Source: an uncultured bacterium (lineage in GTDB: Bacteria > Muiribacteriota > Ozemobacteria > Ozemobacterales > Ozemobacteraceae). Taken from it: a DNA stretch of 64,000 nt. Shown piece after piece: positions 19,201-26,378 of the stretch. Position 1 is the first letter of the stretch; each line of letters starts with the position of its first letter. The stretch spans positions 700,618 through 764,617 of the forward strand of contig CALEDQ010000008.1 of assembly GCA_937949615.1 (NCBI GenBank), given 5' to 3'. Position numbers and translations under genes: made by a program. Below the pieces are notes generated by a model. It was not told where the DNA came from, made no database searches, and saw nothing but the letters and a program-made list of their open reading frames with translations.

Positions 19201-19252
19201 ATCGCAAAGTTTTTTTCTGAAAGCTTTCGATATTGGTGGCCATTCTTTTCAA
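16181..19252 (-). CDS. Membrane receptor-type class III adenylate/guanylate cyclase with HAMP domain (all catalytic residues canonical)
   Basis: Four TM segments flank two approximately 300-aa non-cytoplasmic regions. HAMP (SLIEPVVLLRRGVEEVESGNYQ..). The CHD has ILFSDIRSFT, DKFIGDAIMAQF and IGDTVNVASRLEG. Confidence 0.85.
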   Translation of the reverse strand: MKRMATNIESFQKKTLRLPPLPLWKWLAAIFLLLSIPFAILFRQATAAFATTATMARNEIAQEVEKLASRLAFEARKSVQVRELLRDFTQKYNEPLKSAAFFRQLLEDFAFGCHPHLIDGLKISESALAALQKHYEIRLKKLLPGVKLVKWGLDMRERPDSDQLKPKWVYQKLAESIIRSVNPKGQRHGAAFDYLEYVPMLNRYFTEASGLGNFLKYSGDLLECGNPAGNKLMMFWDSEKTFDMNASRRTAGGFLAVIETELPELFGLQTLIRRKSQEWEGSGLSIGWIAETRARQHHLPYPFPAADGKKWAEQIVSQPDGLYERSGVMFSVKRAGEGLIILTAAGTRSLIMQYERKVFFLSLFFLFIAVLPLLIIFSGRRNDGMAFSIRFQITGLFVFAVLLPAVAVFQLGFELLQDRQKSFEADAYKEIDQIRKDLDENMSYAFRQLEKIADAIGSDLMNLEFDSSGRFARTDKANEILRRHGDQVNILHTYLFNSYAELVTMFSDQDFDTGEGSNLMPLVQSLAKIKLRASGKLQTRGKVLDVSLMDLVVEATGGSNLEEIRAILNARENRAFEMKFSGRSSIFYIGQFVSRNFPGETFIMVMLLRDAHFERMYLRMMIEKICSQPKFKNRIQLYFGENDCGTSHYFYDTPLADPWFDYISDSPDSVRLGRLSETTRLNGNSVKEKITLETGGRECLFYSFRPISVEQQTVVALFNYAEIEQELRFLWQFIFVSILVSLAVVMVLARIMARSLIEPVVLLRRGVEEVESGNYQTEVLLPGQDEIVELAQAFNKMNQGLDERERMTRYLSRSAVDAVVKGEDRQMGGKKVPATILFSDIRSFTTISESNSAEDVVSLLNEYFAAMNEVVEKFGGDIDKFIGDAIMAQFIPPAGENPADYALNAVKCALEMMDALDKFNQQRLSHGLFAIKIGVGINSGDVIAGNIGSPGRMDRTVIGDTVNVASRLEGMSKLGRHTCVIISRSTLDLVEQAIEVEQLSETAVKGKTSAVEMFEVIRLKGYN

Positions 19253-19351
19253 TCTTGTGAATTACCCGGTATTATATCATCTGACCTGAAATTGAATGAT
19301 TAATTTTTGCCGGTGTGCAAATTGTGATAATATGAAAAAAAGAGGACAAAA

Positions 19352-20116
19352 ATGCCCGCAAAACCCGCCATATTTCTGAAAAACCTCAACACCCTCGAAG
19401 TCGAGCAGCTGCTTCGCCGCGAAGCGCCGCTCTTTTTACCGATCGGCACCCTTGAAGCGCACGGTCGCCACCTTCCGGTAGGTACAGATACGCTCTGCGC
19501 CGAAAAAATTGCCGAACGTCTCAGTCTCGGCCTCGACGCCGCAGTTGCTCCAAGCCTCGAATACGGCATAACCAACGTTCTTGCCCAGACATCACCAGGC
19601 AGCTTCTTTTCAGAAGAACTTTTCGAAAACTTTGTCGAAAAAATAATCGACACTTTTCGGCTACAGGGTTTTAAAACCATCATCGTCGTAAATGGGCATG
19701 GCGGCAATCGTGATGCCCTCAAAAGAGTCGTCAGAAAACTTTCGCGCGTAAGACCGACCGGGCTCGCAGTCATCAACTGGTGGCTGATTTCAGAGCGCTT
19801 CGTCGAAAAGATTTATGGCGGCAAACCTGGTGGGCACGCAGCTGTCGAAGAAACTGCCGCCATTCTCAATTTTTTCCCTGAGCTGGTCAAAAAAGCGAAC
19901 TATCATCCGGAAAATGACGATTATATCCCGGACGAAGGCATCTGGATGTACCCGCCGCCGGGCGAGGTTATCATCGATCACCCAGGCAATGGGCAGCCCG
20001 ACTTTTCAGCCGAAAAAGCGGCCCGGTTCATCGATGCAACTATTGATGAATTGATGACAAAACTGCAGAGATGGTTAAAGTCGTTTAACCGTATCAGAGG
20101 AGGGCTCCGCCCTTGA
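19352..20116 (+). CDS. Creatininase-family amidohydrolase
   Basis: LPIGTLEAHGRHLPVGTDTL and VVNGHGGN motifs typical of the creatinine amidohydrolase family. Extended -10 (tgtgataat) lies upstream. Confidence 0.7.
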   Translation: MPAKPAIFLKNLNTLEVEQLLRREAPLFLPIGTLEAHGRHLPVGTDTLCAEKIAERLSLGLDAAVAPSLEYGITNVLAQTSPGSFFSEELFENFVEKIIDTFRLQGFKTIIVVNGHGGNRDALKRVVRKLSRVRPTGLAVINWWLISERFVEKIYGGKPGGHAAVEETAAILNFFPELVKKANYHPENDDYIPDEGIWMYPPPGEVIIDHPGNGQPDFSAEKAARFIDATIDELMTKLQRWLKSFNRIRGGLRP

Positions 20117-20346
20117 GCGAAATCGAAGCACCCATCTGGGTCAAATATGCCGGCGATATCTTTTTTCTGATTCTTTTTCTGGTGATTTTTTTCTTTATCA
20201 AGCCTGACCAGACAACAGAACTTCACGACAACAATGACTCAGAGGCGCCAAATCCTCTCGAAGCGATGCTGGTTACCGAAGAAAAGTCAGATGAAGAAAA
20301 TACTCCGAACGACGAAACCGGTAAACAGACCGGCGATAACGAGTAA
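20113..20346 (+). CDS. Hypothetical small membrane protein with an acidic tail
   Basis: TTG start overlaps the creatininase stop. One TM segment (IFFLILFLVIFFFI), then a D/E/N-rich tail. No family motif. Confidence 0.35.
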   Translation: MSEIEAPIWVKYAGDIFFLILFLVIFFFIKPDQTTELHDNNDSEAPNPLEAMLVTEEKSDEENTPNDETGKQTGDNE

Positions 20347-20363
20347 AACAAAGCTTTTCGGGC

Positions 20364-20391
20364 AAAAAAAAGGCCCCGGTTTCCCGGGGTG
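20364..20391 (-). terminator. Rho-independent terminator (minus strand)
   Basis: Minus strand reads ACCCCGG-GAAA-CCGGGGCC followed by TTTTTTTT. This is a GC-rich stem with a GNRA-type loop and an 8-T tract. Confidence 0.75.
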
Positions 20392-20561
20392 CTGTATTCT
20401 CAGCTCCTTTTAACCCAACCTTCCAGGGCAGCGTGTGTGATCTCTTATACTGCGGCAACACGTTAGCAGCCGTGTATCTGGCATTATCTGGAGAGACGCC
20501 AGGCCAGATTACCCGACGATACCATGAAGCAGAGCTGAAGAATTGCCTTTAACTCTACCTG
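20364..20561 (-). ncRNA. Candidate sigma54-dependent small RNA (about 195 nt), family unknown
   Basis: It lies between the sigma54-type promoter at 20573-20588 and the terminator at 20364-20391. There is no credible ORF; the best is 13 codons without an SD. The 5' TTCtTCAGCTC can pair with the 3' GAGCTGAGAA. An internal hairpin is atctggc..gccagat. Confidence 0.45.
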
Positions 20562-20572
20562 CCGGATTAATA

Positions 20573-20588
20573 AGCAATTTTAATGCCA
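20573..20588 (-). promoter_or_regulatory. Sigma54 (RpoN) -24/-12 promoter
   Basis: Minus strand TGGCAT-taaaa-TTGCT has exactly the TGGCAC-N5-TTGCW spacing, with GG and GC 10 nt apart. It sits in a 450-nt non-coding gap. Confidence 0.55.
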
Positions 20589-20660
20589 CAGCATGCGAAT
20601 ATGGTAGAACCCTCTATTGAAGCTATTTATAGAATCCATACAAGTTATGACTGAATTTTA

Positions 20661-20720
20661 GAGGTAAATTTGCCACAGATAAATCAGGGAAATTTATTTT
20701 TTCTGCGAGGTAAATCTGCC
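20661..20720. repeat. Direct repeats GAGGTAAATnTGCC (possible enhancer/UAS or helicase-promoter operator)
   Basis: gaggtaaatttgcc at 20661-20674 and gaggtaaatctgcc at 20707-20720 match 13/14. A degenerate third copy agataaatcag lies near 20678. The repeats are about 75-135 nt upstream of the sigma54 element and about 80-140 nt upstream of the helicase ATG. Confidence 0.5.
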
Positions 20721-20799
20721 TCACGTATTTTATATCTGGACAGCTGGCCCGGCGACGCATAAAATAATTGCAATTAAAAGAAGATGAAAGGTAAGAAAC

Positions 20800-22332
20800 A
20801 TGACCCAGGAACTGGCAACAGAACCAAACGAACAGATACAGCACGAAACTCCGGGCAGCTTTGTCGAAGTACTTCCTCCCTCAGCAATCCAGGATTTCAG
20901 CCAGGAATTGCAGGCCGCCGTCAGCCGCAGAGGCTGGAAAGAACTGATGCCGGTACAGGCGGGTGTTTCACCCTATCTGCTTGCCAACCGCGATGTAATC
21001 GTTCAGTCGAGAACCGGAAGCGGCAAAACCGCCGCATTTCTGCTGCCATTGTGCGAACGCCTCAAAAATGCGCCAAAAGGCTGCCATGCTCTGATCCTTG
21101 TGCCCACGCGCGAACTGGCGCAGCAGGTTTATAACGAATTTCAGCTGCTCACAACCGAAATGCAGATCAGCGCTGTCGCCGTCTATGGTGGAACTTCATA
21201 TCGCCCACAGCTCGAGGCTTTCAGAAACGGCGTCAATCTTATCATCGGCACGCCCGGTCGCCTTCTCGACCATCTGATCAAGGGCACTCTCAACCTTAAA
21301 ACTCTCAAATACCTTGTATTCGACGAAGCCGACGAAATGCTGTCGATGGGTTTCTATCGCGATATGGTAAGAATCGGTGAATTTCTGCCGACACGCCGCT
21401 GTGCAGCCATGTTTTCGGCAACCATGCCCGACAGCGTAAAAAGGCTGGCGGTTCAGTTTCTGCACAACCCTGATTTTTTGACTTTCAGCGGTGACGGCGT
21501 TCATGTTTCTGAAATGGACCACATTTTTTATGTCGTGGATCCAATGCAGAAAGACCGCGCCCTGATGCGCATCATCGAACTCGAAGACCCCGACAATGCC
21601 ATCATTTTCTGCAATACCCGCAACGAAGTTGAATATGTGGCCGCAATTCTCAAACGCTTCGGTTATGACGCCGATCAGATAAGCGGCGACCTCAGCCAGA
21701 ATGCCCGTGAACTGGTCATGGCGAAGCTCAAACAGAAAACCCTCAGGTTCCTGGTTGCGACAGATATTGCCGCCAGAGGCATAGACATAAGCAATCTCGA
21801 ATATGTTTTTATTTATGACATGCACAAAGATACCGACCAGTACATTCACCGGGCCGGCAGAACTGCACGGGCCGGCAATCGCGGGGTCGCCATAAGTCTG
21901 GTCAACCAGATCGAAGCCGTCGACCTCAAAAAGTTCGCAAAAAGGGCCGGCATTTCGCTGGAAGAACGGCCGCTGCCAACCGAAGAACACGTCAGACAGC
22001 GCCTCTCAGAAAAGCTTGCCGCCCATCTCGAAGGCAGTCTCAGAGATGCCTCGACCGCTGTCAGAGAGAGAATGAAACGCTACCATGGGCTGCTGTCTGA
22101 ACTCAACGACCATGAGCACGGCGAAGAAATGCTTCTGATGCTCATCGATTCATTCCATCAGCAGCTGATCAGAATCGGACGCGGCATCGATCACGAGCCT
22201 GTTGCAATACCGGTCTCACATGCCTCAACCCGAAGACCGGACCAGGACCGCCACCGCCCGCATGGCGGCGAGCGTGGTGGGCAGCGCGGTGGTGATCGCG
22301 GCGGCCAGCGTGGACCACGCCGGCGGAACTGA
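20800..22332 (+). CDS. DEAD-box ATP-dependent RNA helicase with an RGG-type C-terminal tail
   Basis: TGSGKTAAF, PTRELA, GTPGRL, VFDEADEML, SAT, ARGID and HRAGRTARAG motifs. The tail is GGERGGQRGGDRGGQRGPRRRN. Confidence 0.9.
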   Translation: MTQELATEPNEQIQHETPGSFVEVLPPSAIQDFSQELQAAVSRRGWKELMPVQAGVSPYLLANRDVIVQSRTGSGKTAAFLLPLCERLKNAPKGCHALILVPTRELAQQVYNEFQLLTTEMQISAVAVYGGTSYRPQLEAFRNGVNLIIGTPGRLLDHLIKGTLNLKTLKYLVFDEADEMLSMGFYRDMVRIGEFLPTRRCAAMFSATMPDSVKRLAVQFLHNPDFLTFSGDGVHVSEMDHIFYVVDPMQKDRALMRIIELEDPDNAIIFCNTRNEVEYVAAILKRFGYDADQISGDLSQNARELVMAKLKQKTLRFLVATDIAARGIDISNLEYVFIYDMHKDTDQYIHRAGRTARAGNRGVAISLVNQIEAVDLKKFAKRAGISLEERPLPTEEHVRQRLSEKLAAHLEGSLRDASTAVRERMKRYHGLLSELNDHEHGEEMLLMLIDSFHQQLIRIGRGIDHEPVAIPVSHASTRRPDQDRHRPHGGERGGQRGGDRGGQRGPRRRN

Positions 22333-22397
22333 AATTCCAGCAGACGCTTTTTCAGACCTGCAGCAGGCGGCATTTTTGTTTGCCGCGTGATGAGGTA

Positions 22398-22426
22398 TTG
22401 CACTTTTGATTATTTCTTGCTTAAAT
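22398..22426 (+). promoter_or_regulatory. Candidate sigma70-type promoter upstream of htpG
   Basis: TTGCAC, 17 nt, TTAAAT, about 45 nt upstream of the htpG ATG (SD aaaggag). I saw no CIRCE-like inverted repeat. Confidence 0.3.
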
Positions 22427-22471
22427 ATCAGCCTGAAATTCAAACCAAAATGCGAAAGGAGTTCATAGACA

Positions 22472-24427
22472 ATGACCAGTTCAACAACGCATGAATTCAA
22501 AACCGAGGCCCGTCAACTTCTTGACCTGATGATTCATTCAGTCTATTCGCACAAGGAAATTTTCCTGCGCGAGTTGATTTCTAACGCTTCTGACGCGCTT
22601 GACAAGCTCAGATTCGCCGCCCTGACCAACGAAAATCTTCGCAAACTTACCGACGACCTGCATATCAGGCTGTCAACCGATGGCAACAACCGTACCCTTA
22701 CCATAGCAGACAACGGCATCGGCATGACCCGTGACGAAATCATCAATTATATTGGCACGATCGCCAAATCAGGCACTGCCGAATTTGCCGACATGCTTAA
22801 AAAAGCAGCCGAAAAGAAGGAAAGCGACCCCGAACTGATCGGGCAATTCGGTGTCGGCTTTTATTCAAGCTTCATGGTCGCCGACAAGGTTGAACTGATC
22901 AGCCGTAAAGCTGGCGAAAACGAAGCCTGGCTCTGGTCTTCAAATGGTGAAGGCAGCTACACCATCTCAGAAAGCAACCGCGAAAACTGCGGCACAACGA
23001 TCACCCTGCATCTCAAGCCAGAAGACAAAGACGACGAAGACTTTCAGGATTTCACTCAGGAATGGGTGCTGCGCCAGGTCGTCAAAAAATATTCTGACTT
23101 CGTCGGTTACCCGATCAAAATGCAGATCGAACGCACCAGCATCGAGCGTGATGAAAACGGTAAACCCAAAGAAGGGGCGCAGGAACAGACGGTCATCGAA
23201 GACGAAACTCTCAACTCGATGAAGGCAATCTGGCTGAGACCGGAAAAAGAAGTAACCGAAGAAGAATACCGTGAATTCTACAAGCATATCAGCCACGACT
23301 GGAACAGCCCGCTTAAATGGCTGTCTTTCAAAGCAGAAGGCACTTCAAACGAGTTCAATGCCCTGCTCTTCATTCCTGAAAAACCCGGCTTCGACCTTTT
23401 CATGCCTAACTCAAAACGCGGCATCAATCTCTATGTTAAACGCGTTTTCATCATGAACGACTGCGAAGAACTGATTCCTGACTATCTGCGTTTCGTTAAG
23501 GGCGTCGTCGATTCAGAAAATCTCTCACTCAACATTTCGCGTGAGATTCTGCAGCATGACCGTCAGATCCAGACGATCCGAAAAACCGTTACCCGCAAGG
23601 TTCTCGATGCTCTCAAAAAAATGCTTGCCGATGACCGCGAAAAATATATCGCATTCTGGAAGCAGTTTGGCGCTGTAATTAAAGAGGGTCTGTTCAAAGA
23701 ACCGGGCAACAGTGAGAAGCTTTTCGAATGCTGCCTGTTCCAGAGCACCGCTTCGAGCAGCGACTACTACACCATGGCCGAGTATCTTGAACGCATGAAA
23801 CCAGAACAGGATAAGATTTTCTACCTGACCGGTGAATCACGCGAAGTCATCGAAAACAGCCCGCACCTTGAAGCATTCAGAGACAAGGGCTATGAAGTTC
23901 TGCTGCTGACCGACCCCGTTGATGAAGTCTGGGTACAGTATTGCAATGAATACAAGACCAAAAAAATCAAATCTGCGGCCCGCGGTGCCCTTGAACTCGG
24001 CTCTGAAGAAGAACGCAAAAAGACTACCGAAACCCTTAAGCAGAAAGAAGAAGAATGGAAATCTCTGCTCGAACTGATTCAGAAAAAGCTCGACCGGCAC
24101 ATCAAGGCCGTTAAGCTTTCTGGCCGCATGAGCACTTCTGCTGCCTGCCTGGTCAGTGAAGAAGGAGAAATGACCCCGCATCTCGAAGCTCTGCTGCGCG
24201 CCTCAGGCAAAGATGTGCCGCAGGTCAAGCGCACCCTTGAGCTGAATCCCGGGCACCCGCTGCTGAGCAAGATGCACGAGCTGTTTGCCCGCGACAATAA
24301 AAACCCGCGCCTCGAAGAATATGCCGAACTGCTGTTTGGTCAGGCACTTCTGGCTGAAGGTGGCCAGCTGCCGGACCCGGCCGGTTTCAACCGCAAGGTT
24401 GCCGAGCTGATGGCAGGAGCTCTGTAA
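22472..24427 (+). CDS. htpG: Molecular chaperone HtpG (Hsp90)
   Basis: FLRELISNASDALDKLRF, IGQFGVGFYSSF and NISREILQ signatures. 651 aa. Confidence 0.95.
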   Translation: MTSSTTHEFKTEARQLLDLMIHSVYSHKEIFLRELISNASDALDKLRFAALTNENLRKLTDDLHIRLSTDGNNRTLTIADNGIGMTRDEIINYIGTIAKSGTAEFADMLKKAAEKKESDPELIGQFGVGFYSSFMVADKVELISRKAGENEAWLWSSNGEGSYTISESNRENCGTTITLHLKPEDKDDEDFQDFTQEWVLRQVVKKYSDFVGYPIKMQIERTSIERDENGKPKEGAQEQTVIEDETLNSMKAIWLRPEKEVTEEEYREFYKHISHDWNSPLKWLSFKAEGTSNEFNALLFIPEKPGFDLFMPNSKRGINLYVKRVFIMNDCEELIPDYLRFVKGVVDSENLSLNISREILQHDRQIQTIRKTVTRKVLDALKKMLADDREKYIAFWKQFGAVIKEGLFKEPGNSEKLFECCLFQSTASSSDYYTMAEYLERMKPEQDKIFYLTGESREVIENSPHLEAFRDKGYEVLLLTDPVDEVWVQYCNEYKTKKIKSAARGALELGSEEERKKTTETLKQKEEEWKSLLELIQKKLDRHIKAVKLSGRMSTSAACLVSEEGEMTPHLEALLRASGKDVPQVKRTLELNPGHPLLSKMHELFARDNKNPRLEEYAELLFGQALLAEGGQLPDPAGFNRKVAELMAGAL

Positions 24428-24434
24428 TCGACTG

Positions 24435-24465
24435 CCGCCCGGGTAACCGGGCGGTTTTATTTTTA
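24435..24465 (+). terminator. Rho-independent terminator after htpG
   Basis: Stem ccgcccgg / ccgggcgg, loop gtaa, followed by ttttattttt. Confidence 0.7.
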
Positions 24466-24478
24466 TAAGGAAAAATTC

Positions 24479-25585
24479 ATGCAGGCAAATGTAAAAGCAC
24501 ATTCAAGTTACGTATCGATAGACATAAACATCAAGGTTAAAGGCAAGTTTCCAGCTGGCGACAGCCTTTACATAACCGGTAACACTGAAGAACTCGGCAG
24601 CTGGGACCCGACCGGGCTGAAATTGGCACGAAGTTCTGACGGTGGATATTTTCTTGCAATAACGGCAGAAAAAAACAGTATTGTCGAATTCAAGCTGACG
24701 CGCGGCGACTGGAAAACCCAGGCAATCTGCGATAAAAAGGTTATCCCCCCTGAAAACGTCGTGATCAAGGCCAGTCGCAGCAAAAAAATCAACCTGACGA
24801 TTTATGACTGGCTCGACCAGCAGGTTCTTGAGTCAGATCCGGTCAAAGGGCGTCTGCTGAGCTACAACGGCCTTGTCTGCAAAAAACTCAAATATCAGCG
24901 AACTATTCAGATATGGCTGCCTGAAGGCTACTCAGAAAAGGGCAAGCCCTGCTCAGTGATTTATATGCATGACAGTCAGAACCTTTTCGAGCCGGCAACC
25001 GCATTTGCCGGGGCAGACTGGAAAGTTGACGAAACCATCTCAGAAATGCTTGCCAAAAAGGAAATCAGACCATGCATCGTGGTGGGAATCCCCAATTCCC
25101 CCGACAGAATGAAGGAACTGAACCTGTTTACCTCTCAGGGCAAAGCCTACGCCGAATTCGTGGTTAAAGAGGTGAAGCCCTTTGTCGAAAGCCGCTTCAA
25201 TGTCTCTTCGCACCGGCATGACAACGCAATAATGGGTTCTTCGATGGGTGGCCTGATGTCGTTACAGATGCTTCTTGCTTACAGCGACGTATTCGCTCTT
25301 GCCGGCTGTCTTTCGAGTGCTTTCCAGCAAACCGCTGGCAAAATTTTCACTCAGATACGCAAAGCTGCCAAAATGCCGCTGGATTCGCGCATCTATCTCG
25401 ATACCGGTGAATTTGAACCACCCATTGCAGAAAGCTTTTTCGAAATGGTTGAGTTGCTGAAAGCCAAGGGCTATGAAGAAGACAAAAATCTTCTTGGCTT
25501 CTTCGATGCCGAAGCTACCCACAGCGAAGCAGCCTGGGCCAGAAGGCTGCATATTCCGCTGAAGTTTCTGCTCGGAAAAAATTAG
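24479..25585 (+). CDS. CBM20 (starch-binding-like) domain fused to an esterase-D/enterochelin-esterase-type alpha/beta hydrolase
   Basis: The N-terminal GDSLYITGNTEELGSWDPTG..EFKLTRGDW looks like CBM20. The C-terminal part has the nucleophile elbow GSSMGGL and YMHDSQN, typical of the 'putative esterase' family. Confidence 0.65.
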   Translation: MQANVKAHSSYVSIDINIKVKGKFPAGDSLYITGNTEELGSWDPTGLKLARSSDGGYFLAITAEKNSIVEFKLTRGDWKTQAICDKKVIPPENVVIKASRSKKINLTIYDWLDQQVLESDPVKGRLLSYNGLVCKKLKYQRTIQIWLPEGYSEKGKPCSVIYMHDSQNLFEPATAFAGADWKVDETISEMLAKKEIRPCIVVGIPNSPDRMKELNLFTSQGKAYAEFVVKEVKPFVESRFNVSSHRHDNAIMGSSMGGLMSLQMLLAYSDVFALAGCLSSAFQQTAGKIFTQIRKAAKMPLDSRIYLDTGEFEPPIAESFFEMVELLKAKGYEEDKNLLGFFDAEATHSEAAWARRLHIPLKFLLGKN

Positions 25586-25586
25586 T

Positions 25587-25614
25587 TTGACATTAAACTA
25601 ATCTGGTATAATAT
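25587..25614 (+). promoter_or_regulatory. Sigma70 promoter for the rhodanese gene
   Basis: Consensus TTGACA (25587-25592). The -10 is either TATAAT at 14 nt or TAATAT at 16 nt. SD aaggag lies before the ATG at 25657. Confidence 0.5.
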
Positions 25615-25656
25615 CAAATTAGATGTCACTAATTTAATATCAATAAGGAGATAAGT

Positions 25657-26232
25657 ATGAAAATTAAGTTTTTTCTGCTCGCAGTGATTTTAACCGCCAC
25701 CTTCGGCATCAATCTTTTTGCCGGTGAAGGCTGCTCCAGCTGCGAACACGACCACGGGACCGAAGTAAAAGCAGCCAGCGAAGCCAAAACTGAAGTAAAA
25801 GCCGACGATTCATGCCCGGATGGCACCTGTGCCTCCGATAAACACGAACACAAAGCCACCGAAGCTGCGGCTAAAGAACCCGCCAAAGAAACTGGTGATG
25901 CCCCGGCAACCGTAAATACTCTTGGCCTCAAAACCCTTATCAGCAGCGGCGTTCCTCTCACCATTCTCGATGCCAGAGCCGGCAAATACGATGATGGTAG
26001 AAGAATCCCAGGCGCCCAGTCTCTCAACGCTGAATCCAAGGCCGAAGATATCGCCAGGGTTCTGCCGAACAAAGAATCGCTGATCGTAACCTACTGCGCT
26101 AACCTTAACTGCCCGGCCAGTCACAAGCTATATACCCATCTGAAATCAATCGGTTACACTAACCTGATTGAATACCCAGAAGGAATCGACGGCTGGGTCG
26201 CCGCCGGCAACCCGGTTAATGCACCCAAATAA
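25657..26232 (+). CDS. Secreted rhodanese-domain protein with a Cys/His-rich N-terminal linker
   Basis: Signal peptide MKIKFFLLAVILTATFGINLFA. The linker holds CSSCEHDH and CPDGTCASDKHEH. The rhodanese fold has the active-site loop YCANLNCPAS. Confidence 0.7.
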   Translation: MKIKFFLLAVILTATFGINLFAGEGCSSCEHDHGTEVKAASEAKTEVKADDSCPDGTCASDKHEHKATEAAAKEPAKETGDAPATVNTLGLKTLISSGVPLTILDARAGKYDDGRRIPGAQSLNAESKAEDIARVLPNKESLIVTYCANLNCPASHKLYTHLKSIGYTNLIEYPEGIDGWVAAGNPVNAPK

Positions 26233-26250
26233 GCGTTAGACTTCTTTTAA

Positions 26251-26289
26251 CAGGCGCTGACCGCAGACCGGCAGCGCCTGTTTTATTTT
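26251..26289 (+). terminator. Rho-independent terminator after the rhodanese gene
   Basis: Stem caggcgctg / cagcgcctg followed by ttttatttt. Confidence 0.7.
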
Positions 26290-26378
26290 AGCATAAACGG
26301 TGATTCTTACAGATTTTGCTTTTAATCCATGCGGTTTATCACTATAATTGCAGCATACAAATCTGTCGGAGGCACACA

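Noticed and set aside
20273-20461. 62-aa minus-strand ORF in the non-coding gap
   Set aside because: It reads straight through the intrinsic terminator and into the antisense of the neighbouring gene. It has no SD.
20364-20561. Assignment of the candidate sRNA to SRP RNA or 6S RNA
   Set aside because: I could not find the SRP domain IV pattern (GGAA tetraloop flanked by AGCAGCC-type strands) in the right arrangement. A closed-ends structure is compatible with 6S, but 6S RNAs are not known to me as sigma54-driven and I cannot fold the sequence reliably by eye. I left it as family unknown.
21196-21990. 264-aa ORF antisense to the DEAD-box helicase gene
   Set aside because: It lies entirely inside a gene with every helicase motif intact on the other strand. 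It has no SD, no recognisable motif and an odd composition. It is a typical shadow ORF.
26316-26378. Upstream start for the first transglutaminase-like gene
   Set aside because: It lies upstream of the TATAAT at 26343-26348, and the extension (MLLIHAVYHYNCSIQICRRH) precedes the signal peptide. TTG 26379 with GGAGG fits better. This remains a judgement call.
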